From positions 1 through 64,000 of the forward strand of contig JBBCKI010000072.1 of the NCBI GenBank assembly GCA_037190965.1: 64,000 bases of DNA, written 5' to 3'. Positions 57,120 through 64,000 of the stretch are shown here, one piece after another (positions within the stretch are counted from its first letter, which is position 1; each line of letters starts with the position of its first letter). Under the pieces are notes generated by a model. That model was not told the DNA's origin, searched no databases, and saw nothing but the letters and a program-made list of their open reading frames with translations. The stretch comes from Chthoniobacteraceae bacterium (GTDB lineage: Bacteria; Verrucomicrobiota; Verrucomicrobiia; Chthoniobacterales; Chthoniobacteraceae). The translations under genes and the position numbers were made by a program.

Positions 57120-57676
57120 ATCTGACCAAGGAACAACTTCAGAAGGCCGCGCTGGGAGTGGTGCTCGTCCTTGTCGCCCTGTATGCCTATTTCAGCATGC
57201 TGTTGGGGCCGCTCGGAGCGCGGGAGAAGCGGGCGCAAAAGGCGATGGACGCCCTTGCGCCGAAGATGAAGGAAGCAAATACCCAGATTACCCGGACCCG
57301 CTCCATCGAAGCCGAAGACCCATTTGGAGCGGCGGCTGGAATCGCCCGGGAGGCAATGGCGACGCGCATCCCCGACGGGGCTGCCATCGTCTGGTTGCCG
57401 CAAAGACTCTCGGAGTTTTTCCATAGCCAAGGAATCAAGAAGATTACCTCCAAAGCGGAAGCCGAGCAGGATGATCTTAGCTTGCCGGGCTACCGCCTTT
57501 CGACCTGGCAGGTTAATATCGCCGAAGTCGAGTTTGTGCCTTTTGCCGCTGCCATCGCCGCGATGGAGAACCAGGAGGGCTTGGCACAGATCACCTCCCT
57601 GCGGATTGAGACCAATGCCGCCAACGTTCAATTCCAAAACGCCAGCCTGAAGTTCTCAACCCTGGTTAAAAAGTGA
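57116..57676 (+). CDS. PilO/GspM-like protein
   Basis: TM segment, coiled coil and ferredoxin-like C-terminus. Translationally coupled to the pilN-like gene. Confidence 0.68.
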   Translation: MNLTKEQLQKAALGVVLVLVALYAYFSMLLGPLGAREKRAQKAMDALAPKMKEANTQITRTRSIEAEDPFGAAAGIAREAMATRIPDGAAIVWLPQRLSEFFHSQGIKKITSKAEAEQDDLSLPGYRLSTWQVNIAEVEFVPFAAAIAAMENQEGLAQITSLRIETNAANVQFQNASLKFSTLVKK

Positions 57677-58125
57677 AAATCCTCTCTTTTCTTTCCCTGC
57701 TGTCATTGGCTTTTGCCGTGCTTCCCGCCAGCGCTCAAACGGTTGAAGATCTTCAGATCAAAGAGCGGTCGTTTTTTACGGCGTCAACGGCCAGAAATCC
57801 GTTCTTGCCTGTCGGTTGGGCAAAGCCTGAGCCAATCGTTCCTACGGTGGGTAAGCCTGTCAACCCGACGGCCGTGGTGTCGGATGCATTCTTCAAGCCG
57901 GAGCGCTTCGTGGTGACCAGCATTTCCATCGGCGCGCTTCCGCTGGCCTTGATCAATGGGAAAACTTACGGCGAGGGCGACCTCATTCCCGTGGAGGCCG
58001 GGATCAACGTGCAGGTCTATGCCATTCGCGACGGGGAAGTGACTTTGCGTTACCAGAGCAAAACGATCGTTTCGGCGATCCAGAGCGCGGAGGCCAAGAA
58101 GCAAAGGCCGAAGCCGAAGCATTAA
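57673..58125 (+). CDS. PilP/GspC-HR-like exported protein
   Basis: RNPF motif, Pro-rich linker, and beta domain LALINGKTYGEGD...VYAIRDGEVTL. Confidence 0.68.
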   Translation: MKILSFLSLLSLAFAVLPASAQTVEDLQIKERSFFTASTARNPFLPVGWAKPEPIVPTVGKPVNPTAVVSDAFFKPERFVVTSISIGALPLALINGKTYGEGDLIPVEAGINVQVYAIRDGEVTLRYQSKTIVSAIQSAEAKKQRPKPKH

Positions 58126-58230
58126 CGAGCGGAGCGGCCTACTTCATAAAAATCCGCCGCGACTTGCGCCGGGGGGCCAATCGCCCCTATCGTTGGGTTC
58201 CTGTCTCCCAAGCCAGATTCCAACAACGAT

Positions 58231-59565
58231 ATGTCGCCTTCTCTTGAATCTCTTTTCGACTTCACCCGGTTTCAGAGCATTTCCGCCGATGCGAATTACA
58301 CCCCGCAGGTGGCGGCGTGTGCGGAATGGCTGAAAAGCCGTTTCCTTGCCATGGGGTTGGAGGCGAAGGCGTACCCGACTGCCGGGCATCCTGTGGTGCT
58401 GGCGCGCAATGTGCCGAGGGCGGATCGTCGCACAGTGCTCATCTACGGGCATTATGATGTGCAACCGGCGGATCCGCTCAATGAGTGGACGACACCTCCC
58501 TTTGAACCTCGCGTGGAGAATGGCATGATCTATGCCCGGGGCATTGCCGACAACAAGGGGCAGATCATGGCGCACATCCTTGGTGTGGAGAAGGCGCTGG
58601 CCGAGAAGGGGGATCTCCCCGTGAACGTGATTTTTCTGGTGGAAGGCGAGGAGGAAATCGGCAGCGGGCATCTGGAAGCCTTCCTCAAGGAGCATCGTGA
58701 GGCGTTGAACCCCCATGTGATCGTCATTTCTGACACCAGCATGGTCGCGCCCGGCGTCCCTTCGTTGGACTATGGGTTGCGGGGTGTTCTGGCGATGGAG
58801 GTTCGCCTGCATGGCGCGGCGACGGATCTGCACTCCGGGAGCTACGGCGGGATCGCGCCGAATCCCGCGATGTTGCTCGCGCGGCTTCTCGCAACGCTTC
58901 ATGACGAGCAGTTCCGTGTGGCGGTGCCGGGCTTTTATGACGCGGTCATTCCCGTTCAGGATTGGGAGCGGAAGGAGTGGGCTCAACTGCCGATGAGCGG
59001 GGAGGAGGATTACAAGAATGAGATCCGTTCTCCCTCCCTTTTCGGGGAGGCGGGATACACGCCGTTGGAGCGGCTCTGGGCCCGGCCCACGGCGGAGGTC
59101 AACGGAATTGGCGGCGGATACCAGGGGCTGGGAAGCAAAACGGTGATCCCGCGCGAGGCCTTTGCGAAGCTGACCTTCCGGCTCGTTCCCAACCAGACCC
59201 CGGAGGAGATCGAGGAGAAGGTGATCGCCCATCTCAAACGGCATTGCCCACCGGAGGTGCGGCTGGAGATCAGCCCCGGGCATGGCGGTGCACCGTTCTT
59301 GTGCGATCCGAAAGGAGCCAACAGCCTGGCCGCGGGTCGTGCGGCAATGCGGACCTGGGGTCAGGATCTGGCACTGATCCGGGGCGGGGGTTCGATTCCG
59401 ATTTTGCAGACTTTCCAGCGGATTCTCGGCGTCGATATCCTGCTTATCGGACTGGCGTGGCCGGGGTGCTGCGCGCATGCTCCCAACGAAAACTTCCCCG
59501 TGGAAAGCTTCGAGACCGGGATCCGCTTCAATCAGGCGTTGCTGGAAGAGCTAGCCGCAGGGTAG
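58231..59565 (+). CDS. M20 family dipeptidase
   Basis: Motifs YGHYDVQP, ARGIADNKGQ, EGEEEIGS, DLHSG, GGSIP and HAPNE. Confidence 0.94.
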   Translation: MSPSLESLFDFTRFQSISADANYTPQVAACAEWLKSRFLAMGLEAKAYPTAGHPVVLARNVPRADRRTVLIYGHYDVQPADPLNEWTTPPFEPRVENGMIYARGIADNKGQIMAHILGVEKALAEKGDLPVNVIFLVEGEEEIGSGHLEAFLKEHREALNPHVIVISDTSMVAPGVPSLDYGLRGVLAMEVRLHGAATDLHSGSYGGIAPNPAMLLARLLATLHDEQFRVAVPGFYDAVIPVQDWERKEWAQLPMSGEEDYKNEIRSPSLFGEAGYTPLERLWARPTAEVNGIGGGYQGLGSKTVIPREAFAKLTFRLVPNQTPEEIEEKVIAHLKRHCPPEVRLEISPGHGGAPFLCDPKGANSLAAGRAAMRTWGQDLALIRGGGSIPILQTFQRILGVDILLIGLAWPGCCAHAPNENFPVESFETGIRFNQALLEELAAG

Positions 59566-59639
59566 CGAGGGCGCGGGAATTTTGCGCGGCGGGGGCAATC
59601 TCGCCGTGCGCCGCCGGGGCGGGTTCTTACGCTCGTGGC

Positions 59640-61595
59640 ATGATTAAGACTGCGTTGACGCTGACAGGGGATCAATTGCAACGGATGGCCCGCTATGTGC
59701 GCCATCGGATCGAGGGGATCGAGGCCGCCCGGAGCCATGGGTGGATTGCCGACCGCGAACGGTTCGACCGGGAGTGGAACGATGACTTTTCGCACAGGAG
59801 CCGGGAGAGTGCGGTTTTTGCGAAGTCCAACGAATCGCTGAACATGGTTGGCTCCGGGGTTGACTATATCCGCTCCCGGATCATGGAGGAGATCTTCGGG
59901 AGCAAGCCGTGGTTTTCCGTCGATTCGAAATCGCGCCGAAGCGGCGGGGCGGCGCTTTCCGATCAGGTGGCGCGGCATCTCCGCTGGAAGCTGGGTCAAG
60001 ATCAGATCAACTTCGAGGGAGTGGCGGTCGATCTGATCACGCAGGCCTGCAAGATGGGGGAATGCGTGGCCAAGATTTTTTACAAGACTGACGAAGAGAG
60101 CTTCGAGCGGATTGCCTCGATTTTGTGGGATACGGAAACCGCTTCGCCGGTACTGACCCCGGAGGGCGATTTTATTTTTGAGGAGGACGCGCATCTTTCA
60201 GGGCAGAGGAGTGGCGAGTCTGAGGCGGAATGGAGACCGGGGCAGGAGGGTTCCTCGGCGGCGCCCAAGCCGTTGCCACCCGGAACCTGCTGGAAGGAGC
60301 AGATTGTCTCGGAGCACCGGGTCCATTACACCGGGGCGAAGGCGGTGCCCATGCACTTCAAGGACTTCTATTGCCCCTTGAATGCGCCCTCGATCCACGA
60401 GGCCGACTTTGTGGCGCACAGGACTTCCATGCGTCTGTCGGATTTGTGCAGGCATCTCGGCATTTCTCCGGAGACTTTCGCTGACCGAGGGGAGGAGAAC
60501 TATCTCGCGCGGGCCTTGGAGCAAATCCGACGGGCGGGCGCGCGCGCGGAGACGGGGGCGGAACAGCCGCGGGCGGGAGAAGGCGAGGAGCCGGATGCCG
60601 CCGAAGCCGATCCGGAGTTCCGGCTGGTGGAGGCTTACTTTCAATTCGACGCGCGGGACGATGGCCGCTCCTGCCGGATCTTCATGATGATGGCGTATGA
60701 CTTCGATCTACCCATCTTCTGGGACTACAGCGCCAACGTGACTCCGGGCGGACGCTATCCGTTCGAAGCCGTGGTCATCAACAAGGAGCCGCATCGTTGG
60801 TACGGGAAGAGCTGGTTCAAGAAGTACGAGAAATTTCAACAGTTGATCGACAAGCTCCTCAATCAGATCCTTTATCGAAATGAGCTCGCGGCCAATCCCG
60901 TCAAATTCCGTCGCAAGGAGGCGGTGGTGCAATGGCAGGATGATCAACCGTTCGAGATCGGACCGGACAAGGTGTTCGATCTCAACGACGGCTACACCGC
61001 TGACGACGCCTTGCAGACGGCGAAGATTCCCGAGTTGGACGAGCAGACGAAATATCTCCTTGAAACCGTGGTGTCCAGTTGGCGGACCCGGTCGGGAGTG
61101 ACGACGGCGACACAGGGGATGTTCGGCGGTCTCCCCTCGGAGCATACCGCCACGGGGGTGGCGCAGATCGTGGAAAGCGGCACCACGATCTTCAAACCAC
61201 AGGTCCTGGACATCAAGCGGGGTTTGGAGGCCGTGCTCAGGCAGTTGGTGACGCATCAGTATACCTGCCAAACGACGGACGAGACGTTCACGTATATGGA
61301 GGGGAATGAACGTGTCCAGGGGACGCTCTCCTGTGAAAGCGTGCGCAATCTGGATTTCAATATTGAACTGACTTTGACGCGCGCTCGCCAGATCCGACGG
61401 CTTGAAGCCGCGCGGGTGGGGGCGGAGTTCTTCAGTAAATTCCTGGCCGTTCCCGACGAGTTCAAGCCGGTGGCGGCTCCGCTTTTCGCGACGATTTACA
61501 AGAACCTCGAAATCGACAACGCCGACGACTATTTCCGGCAGGCTGTCGAGATTGCCCGGGAGCGGGACAATGAAACGAAGGAGGCACGCGCGTGA
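59640..61595 (+). CDS. Phage portal protein, podovirus (P22-like) type, orphan
   Basis: Portal-type motifs in the expected order: IFGSKPWFSV, ACKMGECVAKI, DFYCPLNAPSIHEADFVAHR, YPF...PHRWYGKS, QQLIDKLLNQI...NP and SGV...G...TATG. 651 aa from the ATG at 59640. Confidence 0.8.
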   Translation: MIKTALTLTGDQLQRMARYVRHRIEGIEAARSHGWIADRERFDREWNDDFSHRSRESAVFAKSNESLNMVGSGVDYIRSRIMEEIFGSKPWFSVDSKSRRSGGAALSDQVARHLRWKLGQDQINFEGVAVDLITQACKMGECVAKIFYKTDEESFERIASILWDTETASPVLTPEGDFIFEEDAHLSGQRSGESEAEWRPGQEGSSAAPKPLPPGTCWKEQIVSEHRVHYTGAKAVPMHFKDFYCPLNAPSIHEADFVAHRTSMRLSDLCRHLGISPETFADRGEENYLARALEQIRRAGARAETGAEQPRAGEGEEPDAAEADPEFRLVEAYFQFDARDDGRSCRIFMMMAYDFDLPIFWDYSANVTPGGRYPFEAVVINKEPHRWYGKSWFKKYEKFQQLIDKLLNQILYRNELAANPVKFRRKEAVVQWQDDQPFEIGPDKVFDLNDGYTADDALQTAKIPELDEQTKYLLETVVSSWRTRSGVTTATQGMFGGLPSEHTATGVAQIVESGTTIFKPQVLDIKRGLEAVLRQLVTHQYTCQTTDETFTYMEGNERVQGTLSCESVRNLDFNIELTLTRARQIRRLEAARVGAEFFSKFLAVPDEFKPVAAPLFATIYKNLEIDNADDYFRQAVEIARERDNETKEARA

Positions 61596-61861
61596 CGCCG
61601 GAACAGAAGATGGAGCGGGTGGCCGAGATCGCTCAGGAATTGACGCTGCTCAATCGTCTGCCCGCGGAAGGGGCGGCGATTCTGGACCGCGAGCTGGAAC
61701 GGCTCGTGGCGTTTCATACCGAGAAATGCTGCGATTGCAGGCTCCCGCCCGAGCAAAGCGCGATGCACCGGGAGGCCCGTGCCCTCGCGCGCGGTCTGCT
61801 CGGGTTTTTCGACAAGCGGAAGACCGCGCTCAAGGACGAGTTGGGCCAGTTGCGGCGATAG
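61592..61861 (+). CDS. 89-aa helical hypothetical protein coupled to the portal gene
   Basis: The GTG start overlaps the portal stop (GTGA), with a GGAGG RBS and host-like codons. Confidence 0.75.
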   Translation: MTPEQKMERVAEIAQELTLLNRLPAEGAAILDRELERLVAFHTEKCCDCRLPPEQSAMHREARALARGLLGFFDKRKTALKDELGQLRR

Positions 61862-61918
61862 GTACAGTAACCACTCCGGTTGGAACAGCCGCTTCGGCAG
61901 CAGGCTGCGTTGTCAACA

Positions 61919-61948
61919 TCAAGCTGTTATCTACGGATAGCAGCTTGA
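61919..61948. terminator. Hairpin between convergent genes
   Basis: TCAAGCTGTTATC-tacg-GATAGCAGCTTGA, a 13-bp stem with one G-U pair. Confidence 0.6.
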
Positions 61949-62008
61949 GTTTCCTCCTTGCCTGGGAAAAGAATCCGGCGGTCGACGCGACTCAGCGTTG
62001 ACTGGATA

Positions 62009-63916
62009 CTAGATCCCGTTCCTCCTGCGGCGGAGCAGGAACGCTGCAAGAGCCGCGCTTCCGGTCAAAGCCCACGTCGTCGGTTCAGGCACCGCAGCCA
62101 GGATCGTATAACCGCCAAGATTATGGTAGCCGGTGTAGTTATACGCGTCGCCTTCGTTCAGGAAATAGAGCGCTTCGAAGCCGCCGGTGTCGGTCGTGAC
62201 CCAGGCATCGCCATCCCAAACCTGGAAAACTCCTTGACCAAGGAGAGTTGTCAGGTCGGAGCGGCGATCGCCATCCCACGCGAAAAAGCCGCCATCGAGG
62301 CGCAGGAGATTATTGGTGCCGCCATTCTGATTCATAACAAGGTTGCCGCCGAGGGAAAACAGCGCCTTGTCCGCGATCGTAATGGTATTGTCACTCCCGA
62401 AATTTCCGAAAGTCAGGTCCCCGGAGTTATTCCAGATGGAGCCCTCTCCGGTCACAACAACAGTATTATTCTTTGCATTGGCATTCGATTCACCGATGCC
62501 GGTGCTGCCGCTCTCCAAAAGGGCTCCACTTTCAACCTTCAGGCTTTGCCAGCTGGAGAAGCTTCCGACACTCAGGACCGTCGTGCTCCAGGAGGTTCCC
62601 TCTCCTTTTACCGTGACCGAGTGCCCGGTTCCCGAATAACCGACCGTTCCGGTTCCGCTCGTCACGGTAGCTCCGTTCTGGATGGTGATGGAGTTGGATG
62701 TCCCGGACCGTGCGCCAAGCTCACCGGAAAGAGTCACCTGAGTCCCCGGTCCCGTGATGAGAATCGAGTTGTTCACTGCCCTAGAGCCTCCTCCAGCACG
62801 AATAATGGCTCCGTCTACCGTAGCACCGTCTTGAATTGTCAATGTGTTGTTGGGCCCGGCCTCTCCCACTGTTACCGATCCGGTGAAGGAGGTGCCAGTG
62901 CCGGTAATGAGCATGGAGTTTGAAGAACCAAGCGTACCGCTGGCAATGAGGGTGGCGACGCTTGTGGAACTCACGACGACCGCCCCATCCTGGATGGTCA
63001 GGGAATTTCCTGTGCCGTGGCTACCGACCCGGAATCGACCGGTCGTGGTGATGCTGGAACCGGATCCACTCACCACGATCGAATTGCTGCTCCCCCTGAC
63101 GCCGTCATTCCCTCCACCAACGTAAATATCACTCGCGGAAGTCCAGGAACCGCCATCTTCGATAGTCAAGGAATTATTGTTCCCGAAAGCGCCGATTTGA
63201 TTGGCACCGTAATTGGTAGTTACCAAGGTAGAGCCGGAGCCTGAAATGAGGGCCGTATTGTTCTTCCCTCGACCGGCGGTATTGCTGTTGCCCCATCCAA
63301 CCACGAAAGACGAGAAAGTCACTGAGGCTCCATCCAGAATCTGCAACGAGTTCGAATCGCCCTCCTGCCCAATACTGGCATAAGTACCCGATAGAACCGT
63401 GCCGGATCCCTTCACCGTCACCGAATTACCGTTCGAACCCAGATTGTAACCGGCTGAAAGCCCTATATTGGAAGACACCAGCCCGAATCCGAAATACCCC
63501 CCATCCTCAACCGTCAAGGAGTTATTGCTCCCATTGTAGCCTATTAAAACGTTGCCGTTCCCCGCAAAACGGGAACCCTCCCCGGTAACCTTGAGCGAGT
63601 TTCCCCCGCTGGTCTGGTTATATCCGAGGCTCGCCAAACTGTCTCCCACCACGGCGGAGCCGTTGCGAATAATCAATTCATTGTAGGATGTGGTGCTTCC
63701 CGTTGTCATTGCGCCGGAAAAAGTTTTGGGAAACGCTTCCGTATCTCCAATGATATATTGTGCCTTGTCTACCTCTGTGCCTCCTGAATTCATAAGCTCT
63801 GGCACTGAGTTATCCACGCTGACAATTCCTGCATGGGCTGGAGTCATAATCGAAGACACCGCCAGGGAACTGAGAGCGAGGGTTACAGCAAAGGCACGAG
63901 AGGAAATTGAATTCAT
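62009..63916 (-). CDS. PEP-CTERM protein with T5SS/PEP-CTERM-associated beta-helix repeats
   Basis: Signal peptide ending AHA, about 10 repeats of G-x-G-x-N-S-L-T-I-x-D-G...N-x-x-x-V-x-G-x-G-S, and C-terminal VPEPTTWALTGSAALAAFLLRRRR. Confidence 0.92.
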   Translation of the reverse strand: MNSISSRAFAVTLALSSLAVSSIMTPAHAGIVSVDNSVPELMNSGGTEVDKAQYIIGDTEAFPKTFSGAMTTGSTTSYNELIIRNGSAVVGDSLASLGYNQTSGGNSLKVTGEGSRFAGNGNVLIGYNGSNNSLTVEDGGYFGFGLVSSNIGLSAGYNLGSNGNSVTVKGSGTVLSGTYASIGQEGDSNSLQILDGASVTFSSFVVGWGNSNTAGRGKNNTALISGSGSTLVTTNYGANQIGAFGNNNSLTIEDGGSWTSASDIYVGGGNDGVRGSSNSIVVSGSGSSITTTGRFRVGSHGTGNSLTIQDGAVVVSSTSVATLIASGTLGSSNSMLITGTGTSFTGSVTVGEAGPNNTLTIQDGATVDGAIIRAGGGSRAVNNSILITGPGTQVTLSGELGARSGTSNSITIQNGATVTSGTGTVGYSGTGHSVTVKGEGTSWSTTVLSVGSFSSWQSLKVESGALLESGSTGIGESNANAKNNTVVVTGEGSIWNNSGDLTFGNFGSDNTITIADKALFSLGGNLVMNQNGGTNNLLRLDGGFFAWDGDRRSDLTTLLGQGVFQVWDGDAWVTTDTGGFEALYFLNEGDAYNYTGYHNLGGYTILAAVPEPTTWALTGSAALAAFLLRRRRNGI

Positions 63917-64000
63917 AGTCACTGAGAAACTCTCAGATTTTAGAAAACTGCGCCGCGTGGGGAAGAAAATTCCGGCATGCCTCTGGGGATGGTGTATCGA

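Noticed and set aside
59244..59639. N-terminal extension of the 783-aa ORF
   Set aside because: It overlaps the dipeptidase in another frame and is low-complexity. The portal-like sequence begins at the ATG at 59640.
59640..64000. Intact prophage
   Set aside because: No integrase, terminase, capsid, tail or lysis genes, and both flanks are cellular genes.

Overview
A GC-rich bacterial chromosome segment. The PEP-CTERM proteins, a prepilin-type H-X9-DG-class protein, hopanoid genes and the REP/MITE style suggest Verrucomicrobiota, probably Spartobacteria/Chthoniobacterales-like; this is an inference, not a lookup. Most genes are housekeeping: larA, polB, dedA, mpg, asd, lipA, shc, hpnH, a DEAD-box helicase, an ECF sigma factor, ychF, tmk, holB, fabG, sixA, pgl, galK, cysE, a cysteine desulfurase, purU, ppk1, nadE and a pilMNOP-like operon. 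The window also holds two hybrid histidine kinases, the left end of an IS481-family element at the window edge, and an AT-richer carbohydrate-utilisation island (PEP-CTERM, DUF4838, LacI, pseudopilin, two BNR-repeat proteins). Five items stand out. (1) An intact, host-like podovirus-type portal gene with a coupled small ORF and no other phage gene nearby, a candidate domesticated or dispersed GTA-like module. (2) A PolB with intact polymerase motifs but erased proofreading residues. (3) Several 100-190 nt strongly self-complementary intergenic elements (ncRNA or MITE) and a recurring REP family. (4) A coiled-coil plus winged-helix candidate nucleoid protein. (5) A xylose-isomerase-family enzyme with a metal-ligand swap. 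I recognised no tRNA, rRNA or CRISPR array. All family calls come from motif recognition by eye, not from database searches.
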